DNA of 32,000 bases from Candidatus Saccharimonadota bacterium (lineage in GTDB: Bacteria; Patescibacteriota; Saccharimonadia; Saccharimonadales; UBA4665). A program made the translations under genes and the position numbers. Location of the stretch: positions 960,001 through 992,000 of the forward strand of contig CP064993.1 in NCBI GenBank assembly GCA_016699955.1, in the 5' to 3' direction. How positions within the stretch are numbered: position 1 is the first letter of the stretch; each line of letters opens with the position of its first letter. Shown here piece by piece: positions 14,656 through 23,361 of the stretch. The notes beneath the pieces were generated by a model. That model was not told where the DNA came from and did not search any database. It worked only from the letters and a program-made list of their open reading frames with translations.

Positions 14656-15684
14656 TTATCGTAAGCCGACAGCTTGTTGTACTCGATGAAGAGCCGTATT
14701 TGCTATCTCATTCATGGCACGTTCGTCGGTTTCCAGTTTTTGCATTAGCTGTTCGTCGTTTACTCGGCTAAGTCGCTCTTGGAAGCCGCGAAGGAACTCA
14801 GAAACGGCTGCAGCTGCATCTTCTTTAAGCGGGCCATACTGTGTTTGACTGGTGTAATGGTCTTTTATTTCGTCGTAGGGTTTACCGGTGGCAAGTGCTA
14901 GGATTTGGATGAGATTCACTATGCCTGGTTGATCTTGGTTATCGACATCAATCTTGCCGTAACTATCAGTTGTGGCGCTGTGAATCTTCTTAACTGCATC
15001 ATCTGGTGAATCTCCTAAAAATATTATTCCTTTGCCAGATTCGTCACTTTTACTCATTTTTTTCGTAGGGTCTTGAAGGTCTTTTATGCGTAAACCCTGC
15101 TCCTTACCGAAAAATTCATGCTGTTTGGCGACTGGCTCAGGAACAGTGAAAAGCTGCCCAAACCTACCATTCATCCGCTCGGCAATATCCCTCGTAAACT
15201 CCAGATGCTGCGTCTGATCCTCGCCCACTGGCACATACTGCGCACCATACAGCAAAATATCAGCCGCCATAAGCACTGGGTAGTCAAAAAGACCAAGGCT
15301 GATTGATTCTGTCCCGAGTTTGCTAGACTTGTCCTTATACTGTGTCATCCGCTCCATCTGACCCACTCCAGTAAAACAGTTTAGAATTACCGTCATTTCA
15401 CTGTGGGCCGGCACGTAACTCTGGCGATAGATATGTACGCTTTGATTATCAAGTGGTAGCCCGGCTGCAACAAAAAGTCGCAAATTGTGCATTATTTGCT
15501 GTTGCAACTGGCTGTGGTCGATTGGCGTAGTGAAGCTGTGCAGATCTGGTACAAATAGATTAACCTCGTACTCTTCCGAAAGCGTCTTGGCCATGTCGAT
15601 CATAGGCAGCAAAGCCCCAAAATAGTTGCCGATATGCAAATCGTTATTGGCCCTCAGCCCCGTAAGTATCACTGGTTTATTCAT
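14656..15684 (-). CDS. trpS: tryptophan--tRNA ligase
   Basis: Class I motifs HIGNYFGA (HIGH) and KMSKS. 342 aa, a typical TrpRS size and layout. Confidence 0.9.
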   Translation of the reverse strand: MNKPVILTGLRANNDLHIGNYFGALLPMIDMAKTLSEEYEVNLFVPDLHSFTTPIDHSQLQQQIMHNLRLFVAAGLPLDNQSVHIYRQSYVPAHSEMTVILNCFTGVGQMERMTQYKDKSSKLGTESISLGLFDYPVLMAADILLYGAQYVPVGEDQTQHLEFTRDIAERMNGRFGQLFTVPEPVAKQHEFFGKEQGLRIKDLQDPTKKMSKSDESGKGIIFLGDSPDDAVKKIHSATTDSYGKIDVDNQDQPGIVNLIQILALATGKPYDEIKDHYTSQTQYGPLKEDAAAAVSEFLRGFQERLSRVNDEQLMQKLETDERAMNEIANTALHRVQQAVGLR

Positions 15685-15690
15685 ATTAGT

Positions 15691-15696
15691 AGTATA
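15691..15696 (-). promoter_or_regulatory. -10-like hexamer TATACT 6 nt upstream of the trpS ATG
   Basis: The minus strand reads TATACT actaat ATG. No SD. No convincing -35. Confidence 0.3.
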
Positions 15697-15714
15697 CCCC
15701 AGAATTTTACAGCT

Positions 15715-15939
15715 TTAGCACTTTACACCTCTTACAACATTACAGGCTTCTTCAGCTATATCATAAGTAACGGGACCGCTATGCTTTTTTAATTCATAGC
15801 AAGTTCCAAGGAATCGATTCGACATGAAAGCATGCTTGCAACCAAGGCATCCCAATACAGTACTAGCAACACTATCGGGTCGAGTGTACAGCTTCGTAGA
15901 CTCAGGCGGCGCAGCATGTGGGTTAAAAAGACCATCCAT
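15715..15939 (-). CDS. hypothetical small Cys-containing protein (74 aa)
   Basis: ATG preceded by AGAGGAAA with an 8-nt spacer. Five Cys including GCLGC and a C-terminal Cys. I recognise no family. Confidence 0.5.
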   Translation of the reverse strand: MDGLFNPHAAPPESTKLYTRPDSVASTVLGCLGCKHAFMSNRFLGTCYELKKHSGPVTYDIAEEACNVVRGVKC

Positions 15940-15970
15940 AAATAATTTCCTCTGTTAATAATTTAATAAT

Positions 15971-15987
15971 ACCGCCGGTGTGGCGGT
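15971..15987 (-). terminator. hairpin, possible terminator/attenuator downstream of the methyltransferase gene
   Basis: Minus strand ACCGCC-ACACC-GGCGGU followed by the A/U-rich AUUAUUAAAUUAUU. It lies 130 nt after the methyltransferase stop and about 30 nt before the small ORF start. Confidence 0.35.
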
Positions 15988-16114
15988 CTCTTTAGTGGGT
16001 TCAAATTTGGTTTCAGCGCACAGAACAGACCGTCACGGAAGTGTCGGTAAACCAATAGGAGCTGCCCTGAACTGTTCGCATGTTTGTTATATTACCACAT
16101 GCTACAGTCTTACG

Positions 16115-16810
16115 CTATAAAGTTTTTCGAAGTACAAGCCAAAAGTTTGTTGCCGTACCGTCGCGGTTAAGTTTATAAGTTTTCTTTGTTATAGTTTGCA
16201 GCTCGCAAACTTCAAAAACAGAGTAGAAGTTACGGAGTTCATCTTTTGTATAATCTTTTTGAAACTTGCCGTTTTGAGGCCATAGGGTGCTATTTGGCTC
16301 AGAGCCGGGGGAGTCTCTGATGAGTTCTTTTTCCCACTCGTCATCGGCTGAACAAACTGTCACAAGCGCATAGCCACCCGACTTTAGGGTACGAAGCATT
16401 TCATCGCGGCACATTTCACGACCAGCTTTTGTCTCGATATCTATGGAAGAAAATGAATCAATTGCTATATCAAAGGTGTCATCTGCGTATGGCCAAGGCA
16501 TATCAATTTCGATGTTTTTTGCAGTAACGTCTTTGGCAACACCTTGTGACTTCGCTAGCTGCTCAGTTACCTTTCGGGCAAGTTCAATGTATTCCAGCGC
16601 TTCGACTTTGTAACCGAGACTTGCCAAGAAGACAGCATTACGTCCTTTACCGCTACCTATGTCGACCGCTCGACCACTTGGTTTTACCCCATTGGCATGT
16701 AACCAATTAATAAACTTCACCACTCCACTCGCCGGATGCTCATTCGCCATCCGCGACAATGTCAGCCCTTTCTCATGCTCTTCTTGCCAAATTTGTTGCT
16801 GTTTTCTCAC
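16115..16810 (-). CDS. class I SAM-dependent methyltransferase
   Basis: Motif I VDIGSGKGRNAVFLA, an acidic residue after beta-2 (VEALE), and the post-I/II layout. 231 aa with a GTG start. Confidence 0.8.
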   Translation of the reverse strand: MRKQQQIWQEEHEKGLTLSRMANEHPASGVVKFINWLHANGVKPSGRAVDIGSGKGRNAVFLASLGYKVEALEYIELARKVTEQLAKSQGVAKDVTAKNIEIDMPWPYADDTFDIAIDSFSSIDIETKAGREMCRDEMLRTLKSGGYALVTVCSADDEWEKELIRDSPGSEPNSTLWPQNGKFQKDYTKDELRNFYSVFEVCELQTITKKTYKLNRDGTATNFWLVLRKTL

Positions 16811-16826
16811 TACATAATCCTAGCAT

Positions 16827-17426
16827 CTAAATTTTCGGAAGATTAGACGAGATCTGTTCTAGTATACCAATGCAATAACCTAATGGATCAGAAATTACAA
16901 ATCCACTTGGTGTAACGTTTTCATTGCGAGGAACAAGAAAAATGGTTGAAACCGGCTTATCATCATCGTTATAGCTTACAAATTTAGCAAAATCTAGCTT
17001 AAACTGGGGTGGTTCATATTTTCCAATTTTACCACTTGCATTATAGCCTACTACTTTGACACCGACGCGGGAAAAGCAATATTCTGGTGGTGCTTGTCCA
17101 TCACGCTCTAGCACATTACGTGAAATCTGTGCATCATGTAATGGTATTTTTCCTCCAATAGTCCCTATCCTTCCAAGCATACGAAGAGGCATGCTGTTTA
17201 AAGTCCCCTGCAATCCATTTAACACAGTTCTACCTATACCTTCTTCCATAATCCTCAGGTAGTCGAGTTCTCCAATAAACGCTGTAGTAATTTCGCCGAT
17301 GGAAGCTTCTCCCTGAGGCATGCCTACAAAGCCCGATTCGGCCAACCGGTGTTGTAATAAGTGATGAATCAGACTACCAGCATGTTGGTAGCGGTTCCAG
17401 TCTAAATTGCGCTCTGCTCTAGCCAT
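16827..17426 (-). CDS. hypothetical protein (199 aa), no recognisable domain
   Basis: Clean ORF with an ATG start, located directly downstream of rpsI. No motif I can place. Confidence 0.6.
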   Translation of the reverse strand: MARAERNLDWNRYQHAGSLIHHLLQHRLAESGFVGMPQGEASIGEITTAFIGELDYLRIMEEGIGRTVLNGLQGTLNSMPLRMLGRIGTIGGKIPLHDAQISRNVLERDGQAPPEYCFSRVGVKVVGYNASGKIGKYEPPQFKLDFAKFVSYNDDDKPVSTIFLVPRNENVTPSGFVISDPLGYCIGILEQISSNLPKI

Positions 17427-17502
17427 AATAATATATTCTGACTATACAACAAAAACCTCATGAGTAAGATTATTGTTTTTACTGGTAACTAAAAGACACC
17501 TT

Positions 17503-17910
17503 TTAGCGCTTGGTGAATTGGCGCTGTTTGCGAGCACCTTTGAGGCCGAACTTCTTGCGTTCACGCTCACGGCTGTCGCGACCAAGTAGGTCAGCGCGGC
17601 GAAGGGTTGCTTTGTAGTCTTCGTTTTTTTCTACAAATGCCTTAGCAATACCAAGACGAATAGCGTCGGCTTGTCCGGCATGACCACCGCCGGTGACAAC
17701 AACGGTAACGTCAAAATCTTTTAACGGAAGCTCCAGTACCGAAAACGGCTTCTGGATTTCACCGAGTAACAGTTTGCTTTCGGCAAAATACTCAGCTACC
17801 GGCTTGCCATTGATTGTAATGCTGCCCTTACCCTTCATAAGACGGACACGAGCTGTCGCACTTTTACGGCGACCCAGAGCGTAATAATAGTGGGTTTTCG
17901 ATTCAGCCAT
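17503..17910 (-). CDS. rpsI: 30S ribosomal protein S9
   Basis: 135 aa. GGGHAGQADAIRLGIA and the C-terminal RKQRQFTKR. Confidence 0.95.
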   Translation of the reverse strand: MAESKTHYYYALGRRKSATARVRLMKGKGSITINGKPVAEYFAESKLLLGEIQKPFSVLELPLKDFDVTVVVTGGGHAGQADAIRLGIAKAFVEKNEDYKATLRRADLLGRDSRERERKKFGLKGARKQRQFTKR

Positions 17911-17912
17911 AG

Positions 17913-18353
17913 CTATTTCGCTCCTTTCAAGCTTAGTGTTTCAGGCTTTTGCGCTGCGTGGTTATGCTCGGCACCTGCATAAATTTTAAGCCGAGCGAGA
18001 CGACCATCACGAAGCTTATTGACTGGCAACATACCGCGAACAGCTTTTAGTATCACCTCTGTTGAATCGTTTGCCATAAGATCTTTCAGCTGGCGTTCAC
18101 GCAAACCACTTGGGAACCCGCTGTGGTTGTAGTACATTTTCTTTTCTTCTTTGCCACCAGTGACTTGGAGTTTATCGGTGTTGATAACAACGACAAAATC
18201 TCCGCAATCAATATGGTGTGTAAACATGGGCTTACCCTTACCCGTCAGTAATGTTGCAATCTGTGTGGCAGCACGACCAAGCGTTACTTCAGAGGCATCA
18301 ACGACGTACCACTTGCGTGTCACATCGGTTGGTTTTGCAGAATAGGTTTTCAT
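17913..18353 (-). CDS. rplM: 50S ribosomal protein L13
   Basis: 146 aa. N-terminal RKWYVVDA motif. Confidence 0.95.
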   Translation of the reverse strand: MKTYSAKPTDVTRKWYVVDASEVTLGRAATQIATLLTGKGKPMFTHHIDCGDFVVVINTDKLQVTGGKEEKKMYYNHSGFPSGLRERQLKDLMANDSTEVILKAVRGMLPVNKLRDGRLARLKIYAGAEHNHAAQKPETLSLKGAK

Positions 18354-18354
18354 A

Positions 18355-18897
18355 TTAGCGCTCCCCGCTCTTTCTTACTTGCACCGCAGGCTTGTGGCTT
18401 AGGTGGTTATCGGCTGCTTTAACTGATTTATTTGCACCTGGGATGGCTTTTTTGACAGGGGTAGCTTTTACTTCATCTTGTTCATGGTGCTGTTTCTGAG
18501 GTACCTTTTTGACGGCTTTGGCAACGGGAGCTGCTTTGAGGTCATCTACAAAACTCACTTCGGCCATTTCTGCATTGTCTCCGCGGCGATTGTCGCGACG
18601 CACAATGCGGAAGTATCCGCTGTTGCGACCACCGAGTAACGGTGCAAGTTCATCAACTAATCGATGTGCTGTCGCTACCGTCTGCAAAGAGGCAACAATT
18701 TGACGACGATTATGTAAATCGCCTTTTTTGGCTTTTGTTATCAGTTTTTCAACATACGGCACAACGGCTTTTGCCTTTGGCACCGTCGTAACAATCCTGC
18801 CGTGTATAATCAGCGCTTCGGCAAGGCTTTGTAGGAGCGCCTCTCGCTGGTCGCGTTCACGACCAAATTTTGTTCCTTGATATCCGTGACGATGCAT
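18355..18897 (-). CDS. rplQ: 50S ribosomal protein L17 (with basic C-terminal tail)
   Basis: 180 aa. L17 core (HGRIVTTVPKAK...) plus a tail of about 55 aa. Confidence 0.95.
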   Translation of the reverse strand: MHRHGYQGTKFGRERDQREALLQSLAEALIIHGRIVTTVPKAKAVVPYVEKLITKAKKGDLHNRRQIVASLQTVATAHRLVDELAPLLGGRNSGYFRIVRRDNRRGDNAEMAEVSFVDDLKAAPVAKAVKKVPQKQHHEQDEVKATPVKKAIPGANKSVKAADNHLSHKPAVQVRKSGER

Positions 18898-19836
18898 CTA
18901 CAGCTCCAATTCCGCCAGTTTATCTTTGACTTCGTCAAGCGCTTTGCTGCCAAAGCCTTTCAGATCTCGCAATTCAGCATCGGACAGCGCAAACAAATCC
19001 TGAATGGTGTGAATGTCGTTATTGACTAGGGCATTTGTAGTGCGAGCAGTTAAATTCAGATCCTCGATGCTGGTGTGCAATAGTGAGCCGTCGTCTGTTG
19101 GCAATTCTGTGCCATCTGTGACGACACTTAAGGCCTCATGAACTTGGACACGGGTTTTGCCAGCAAGTGCAGCGTACTGATTTACCAAAATCGCGGCAGC
19201 TTCTTCAAAGGCATCACGAGGAGTAATAGTACCGTCTGTCTCAATAGTGATATTTAGCTTGTCGAGATCGGTTGTCTGACCAACACGGGTCTTATCAACC
19301 CTGTAGCGAACACGTACAACTGGGCTAAAGATGCCGTCGAGTGCAACAAAATCGGTTTGCTTTTTTGCGGTGCTTTCTTCGATGGTCTGGTACCCTCGGC
19401 CGACTTCTACAACCAAATCAATGATGAAACTGGCTTTATCGTCATCGATTGATGCAATGACTTGCTCGGGATTAACCACCTCGATATCGGCATTTCCTTG
19501 AATGTCTTTGCCGGTAACAACGCCTTTACCTTTTTTAACGATGCGTACAGTTTGAGCATCGTCGCCATAAGAACGAAAACGAAGGCGTTTGAGGTTGAGC
19601 ATGATTGCAACAACATCTTCTTTGACACCTTTTATTGTTGTGAACTCGTGCGTAACACCATCGATTTTGAAGCTTGTGACTCCAGCACCACTGATGCTTG
19701 AAAGCAACACTCGGCGCATACTGTTACCGAGAGTCATTCCGTAGCCTGTTTGAAGAGGCTCGATGACAAATGTACTGCTCGTTGCACTGTGGTCATCGAC
19801 GGCGACAAGTCCTGGGGTATGAATCATTTTTGACAT
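18898..19836 (-). CDS. rpoA: DNA-directed RNA polymerase subunit alpha
   Basis: 312 aa. NTD motif GNSMRRVLLSS, and a CTD helix-hairpin-helix region (LNLTARTTNAL). Confidence 0.95.
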   Translation of the reverse strand: MSKMIHTPGLVAVDDHSATSSTFVIEPLQTGYGMTLGNSMRRVLLSSISGAGVTSFKIDGVTHEFTTIKGVKEDVVAIMLNLKRLRFRSYGDDAQTVRIVKKGKGVVTGKDIQGNADIEVVNPEQVIASIDDDKASFIIDLVVEVGRGYQTIEESTAKKQTDFVALDGIFSPVVRVRYRVDKTRVGQTTDLDKLNITIETDGTITPRDAFEEAAAILVNQYAALAGKTRVQVHEALSVVTDGTELPTDDGSLLHTSIEDLNLTARTTNALVNNDIHTIQDLFALSDAELRDLKGFGSKALDEVKDKLAELEL

Positions 19837-19857
19837 ATCTAGTGAAACGTCCTTTCC

Positions 19858-20475
19858 TTAGCGTGAGTAGTACTCGACGATTAATTGTTCATTAATTTCT
19901 GGTTCAGCATCCTCACGAACGGGTAAACCGGTGATTTTCAGTTGAACTTTTTTACGGTCAACAGTTTGCCAGGTTGGCACGGTGCTTGGGGCTGGGCTAG
20001 TGTCGTCGAGTTTTTTAAAATATTCACTCGACTTACTGTGCTCACGAAGCTCTATAACATCGCCCTCACGGACGCGAATAGATGGTATGTCAACACGGCG
20101 ACCATTTAGCATAAAATGACCATGGGTTACCAGCTGACGGGATCCCCGCCTTGACGGCGCAAAACCGGCACGATAAACGGCATTGTCGAGCCGTCTTTCG
20201 AGGTATTGGAGCAGTGTCGCACCAGATTGACCCGGTGTGCGTGAAGCTTCAGCCATAAGATTGCTAAACTGCTTCTCGAGGAGACCATAAAGGCGCTTAA
20301 CTTTCTGCTTCTCTCGAAGTTGGAGTGCATATTGGCTTGGTTTGTTACGAGTTCGGGCGTTGACGGCTTGGCCAGGCATGTTGGTGCGTTTGGCAAGCGC
20401 TTTGTGCGCCTTTGGGTGCAGCGCATAGCCTTCCCGACGTGACATTTTAACGATGGACTGAGTATCTCGTGCCAT
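19858..20475 (-). CDS. rpsD: 30S ribosomal protein S4
   Basis: 205 aa. LERRLDNAVYRAGF S4-domain motif. Confidence 0.95.
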   Translation of the reverse strand: MARDTQSIVKMSRREGYALHPKAHKALAKRTNMPGQAVNARTRNKPSQYALQLREKQKVKRLYGLLEKQFSNLMAEASRTPGQSGATLLQYLERRLDNAVYRAGFAPSRRGSRQLVTHGHFMLNGRRVDIPSIRVREGDVIELREHSKSSEYFKKLDDTSPAPSTVPTWQTVDRKKVQLKITGLPVREDAEPEINEQLIVEYYSR

Positions 20476-20478
20476 ACT

Positions 20479-20892
20479 TTAGACCCTCCTTGCTTTCTTG
20501 GGTCGAACGCCGCCGTGTGGCACACCGGTGATGTCGGTAATGCTATCTACCGCAATGCCGGCTGTTTGCATGGCGCGAATTGCAGCATCTCGGCCCAAGC
20601 CGACGCCTTTAACAAACACATTTACTTTACTAAGTCCGTAAGCTTGTTTTGCAAGATTGCCCGCCTTTTCAGCAGCAATTTGAGCGGCATAGGCGGTACC
20701 TTTTTTGGAGCCGCGAAAGCCGCAGGCACCCGCGCTTGAAGCGGCCAGAGCCCCACCTTGGGAGTCAGTGAGTGTAACGATTGTATTATTAAACGTAGCT
20801 TGAATGTGAAGCTGGCCAGCCGAAACGCTGCGCTTGGCTTTCTTTTTCTTTGCTACAGGGGTTGTTGGAGTTGTTGAAGCTGTATCTGTCAT
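20479..20892 (-). CDS. rpsK: 30S ribosomal protein S11
   Basis: 137 aa. HIQATFNNTIVTLTD and the C-terminal GVRPKKARRV. Confidence 0.95.
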   Translation of the reverse strand: MTDTASTTPTTPVAKKKKAKRSVSAGQLHIQATFNNTIVTLTDSQGGALAASSAGACGFRGSKKGTAYAAQIAAEKAGNLAKQAYGLSKVNVFVKGVGLGRDAAIRAMQTAGIAVDSITDITGVPHGGVRPKKARRV

Positions 20893-20899
20893 AATATTC

Positions 20900-21289
20900 C
20901 TACGTCTTGCTTGCTACTTTCTTAGCCGTACCGCCGACAGTTACTTTTTTGCCACGCCTGGTACGTGCATTTGTTTTAGTGCGCTGGCCGCGAGACGGTA
21001 GACTATTTTTATGGCGTAAGCCACGGTAGCTTCCGATATCTTTTAGGCGCTTAATGTTGCCGCTAACGATACGTTGCAGCTCGCCCTCAACGGTGAGGTG
21101 CTCATTAATAAACTCTTGAATACGTCCGATTTCGGCGTCAGTCAGGTCTTTTACGCGTACTGTGCGTTCAACCTTTGCAGCCAAAAGTATATCGTCGGCC
21201 GTCTTTGGGCCGATGCCGTGCACATAGGTGAGTGAAACCCAAACTTGCTTTTCGGCGGGTATTGTAACACCAGAAATTCGTGCTGCCAT
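20900..21289 (-). CDS. rpsM: 30S ribosomal protein S13
   Basis: 129 aa. MAARISGVTIP...LTYVHGIG. Confidence 0.95.
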   Translation of the reverse strand: MAARISGVTIPAEKQVWVSLTYVHGIGPKTADDILLAAKVERTVRVKDLTDAEIGRIQEFINEHLTVEGELQRIVSGNIKRLKDIGSYRGLRHKNSLPSRGQRTKTNARTRRGKKVTVGGTAKKVASKT

Positions 21290-21292
21290 TGC

Positions 21293-21409
21293 TTACCCCT
21301 GCCTCTGCTTATGCTTCGGCTTAAATTTGTTAATAACATACAGACGACCCTTGCGACGAACAATCTTGTCGTCGGGGCTAATCTTTTTGACACTTGCACG
21401 TACTTTCAT
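21293..21409 (-). CDS. rpmJ: 50S ribosomal protein L36 (Cys-less form)
   Basis: 38-aa ORF below the track cutoff, [38 protein letters not shown]. It is L36 with the Zn-ligand positions replaced. SD AAAGGAG lies upstream. Confidence 0.9.
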   Translation of the reverse strand: MKVRASVKKISPDDKIVRRKGRLYVINKFKPKHKQRQG

Positions 21410-21492
21410 GTACGGATCATCTCCTTTCAGGACGGTGACACACTGCTTAGTTTTATAATGGTATTGAACTTTCGAAGGATTGATCCGTACAT
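21408..21492 (-). promoter_or_regulatory. long-range 12-bp stem covering the rpmJ SD-to-start spacer and the AU of its AUG
   Basis: Perfect inverted repeat atgtacggatca (21408-21419) / tgatccgtacat (21481-21492), separated by 61 nt. Confidence 0.4.
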
Positions 21493-21554
21493 CGGTCTAA
21501 TAAATTAGGCCAGTCCGGATGAACCAATCCCTAGAAAGTTCAACAGTAGCAAAA

Positions 21555-21776
21555 TTATCCCTTGCGGTAAGTAATTCTACCTTTGGTCAAGTCGTAGGGT
21601 GTCAACTCTACGGTGACCGCGTCGCCAGGCACAATACGAATAAAATGTTTCCGCATTTTACCTGCGACGTGCGCTATAATCTGATGACCGTTTTCAAGTT
21701 CGACACGAAACTGAGTACCCGGCAGGGTCTCGACTATTACGCCGTTCAGTTCGATGACTTCTTTATTACTCGCCAT
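21555..21776 (-). CDS. infA: translation initiation factor IF-1
   Basis: 73 aa S1-like fold. [32 protein letters not shown]. Confidence 0.95.
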   Translation of the reverse strand: MASNKEVIELNGVIVETLPGTQFRVELENGHQIIAHVAGKMRKHFIRIVPGDAVTVELTPYDLTKGRITYRKG

Positions 21777-21794
21777 AGGTTATATCGTCATAAG

Positions 21795-21824
21795 AGTATA
21801 GCATTTTTTACGACAGGATGTAAA
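21795..21824 (-). promoter_or_regulatory. strong internal promoter in front of infA (TTTACA-18-TGcTATACT)
   Basis: On the minus strand the -35 is at 21824-21819, the spacer is 18 nt with an extended -10 TG, and the -10 is at 21800-21795. It lies in the 61-nt secY-infA spacer. Confidence 0.55.
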
Positions 21825-21837
21825 GTGTTTTATAGAG

Positions 21838-23361
21838 TTATTTCTTCTTGTCGGCACTACGGCGTAGTCGCTTAGGTACGTAGCGTAGTATTTTTGCAGC
21901 GCGAGTAGTACCTGTTTGTTTATCACCCCCGGCAGATTCGTAGAAAAAGTCATCACTGCTGTACTGGTCGTACGTAATCATAAGTGCTCGGGATTCGACG
22001 GCGCGCAGAGTCTCAAGTGAAACGGCAACAAGTATGAGCACGCTCGTACCGCCTAACGCTAAGGCAATGTTTTCTGGTACAAACATCTGTGCAATAATTG
22101 GCATAATTGCGAGAAGCCCCAAGCATATGGCGCCAAACAGCGTAATTTTATTGACAGTTTTGGCAAGATACCGTTCGGTTTGCGTGCCCGATCGGACACC
22201 CTCTAAAAATCCTCCTTGTTTCTGTAGATTTTCAGCAATTTCCTTACTGTTAAAGGTAATGCTGGTGTAGAAAAAGGTAAAAAGGAACACCAGCATGAAG
22301 TACGTGACAGGGTAAATGTAAGCATGCCAGCCACCAGCAGCCAGGGTTTGAGCTGTTGGGTTTTGGAACCATGTCACGAGGTTCTGCCCAAGTTCTTGCC
22401 ACTTGGGGTTGCTACTTGACGTCATGAGTTGTCCCGCGAAGCTTGGAACACTTAGAAAAGCAATGGCAAAGATGATCGGCACAACGCCGGCTGTGATGAG
22501 CTTAACTGGTAGTGTTGTGGTAACACCCCCGTAGGCTCGGTTTCCCTGGACGCGTTTGGCATAGTTTATGGTCAGCCTGCGCGCCGCTTCGTTCAGCATA
22601 ACAACAATCCAAGTTACCGGCAGCACAACGCCCAAGATTGCGAGAGAGAGCCAAAATGCCTTTTGGTTTATTGGAAGCTCGCGGCCAAACAATTCCCATT
22701 TGTTGTTTTTGTCGTAAATAGACGACGCAATCTGGCTGATTGTTGCAGGCAGAGCACTGACTATACCGACAGTAATGAGTAGTGAAATACCATTTCCAAC
22801 CGACTTTTCGGTCACAAGTTCACCCATCCACATGAGCAACATAGAACCACCGGTAAGCGCCGCAACCATAAGTGCCCATTGCCACATAGAAGTATTTGCA
22901 GTAATGTCGCCAATACCGCCTACTTGTTGTGCGTACTGACGAACAAGATAAATTGAACCGATTGCCTGAATGATGGCCAGTGGGAATGTCAGCAGCCTGG
23001 TGTACTGATTGATACGCTTCTGGCCAGACTCACCATCTTTACGCATGTTTTCAAGCTTGGGTATGGCTTTAGTAAGCAGCTGCATAATAATGCTGGCGTT
23101 GATGTATGGGCCGAGGCCGGCAATCATTATAGAAAAGTTGGCTAGGGCGCCACCGCTTAGCACGTTTATAAAGCTTAGCAATTGGGGCGTGTCTTGGGAA
23201 GAAAACAAATTGTTCAGCACCTGCTTCAATGTTTCCGGGTCTGCAAGCGGAACTGGTATGTGAGCTAGTATGCGAAAAACAAGCAGTATGCCAAGTACTC
23301 CAAATATTCGCCTTCGCATGTCACCCTGCTTAAACGACGCGCCAATAATCTTCCAGTTCAC
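21838..23361 (-). CDS. secY: preprotein translocase subunit SecY (long, 507 aa)
   Basis: Ten-TM SecY layout. N-terminus RRRIFGVLGILLVFRILAHIPVP. GTG start with SD AGAGGAAG. Charged C-terminal extension. Confidence 0.95.
   Translation of the reverse strand: MNWKIIGASFKQGDMRRRIFGVLGILLVFRILAHIPVPLADPETLKQVLNNLFSSQDTPQLLSFINVLSGGALANFSIMIAGLGPYINASIIMQLLTKAIPKLENMRKDGESGQKRINQYTRLLTFPLAIIQAIGSIYLVRQYAQQVGGIGDITANTSMWQWALMVAALTGGSMLLMWMGELVTEKSVGNGISLLITVGIVSALPATISQIASSIYDKNNKWELFGRELPINQKAFWLSLAILGVVLPVTWIVVMLNEAARRLTINYAKRVQGNRAYGGVTTTLPVKLITAGVVPIIFAIAFLSVPSFAGQLMTSSSNPKWQELGQNLVTWFQNPTAQTLAAGGWHAYIYPVTYFMLVFLFTFFYTSITFNSKEIAENLQKQGGFLEGVRSGTQTERYLAKTVNKITLFGAICLGLLAIMPIIAQMFVPENIALALGGTSVLILVAVSLETLRAVESRALMITYDQYSSDDFFYESAGGDKQTGTTRAAKILRYVPKRLRRSADKKK

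Noticed and set aside
15685-16114. Possible T-box riboswitch upstream of trpS
   Set aside because: trpS is a classic T-box-regulated gene, and hairpins plus a terminator-like element are present. However, I cannot find the conserved T-box sequence (GGGUGGUACCGCG-like) or a recognisable specifier loop presenting UGG. In addition, a plausible 74-aa ORF with a good SD lies between the structured region and trpS.
20127-20525. 132-aa minus-strand ORF overlapping rpsD/rpsK in another frame, and likewise 21151-21399, 24407-24616, 25076-25303, 27207-27428, 29878-30075, 30142-30369 and 30749-30958
   Set aside because: These are alternative-frame ORFs inside highly conserved ribosomal genes, which are expected by chance in basic-protein genes.
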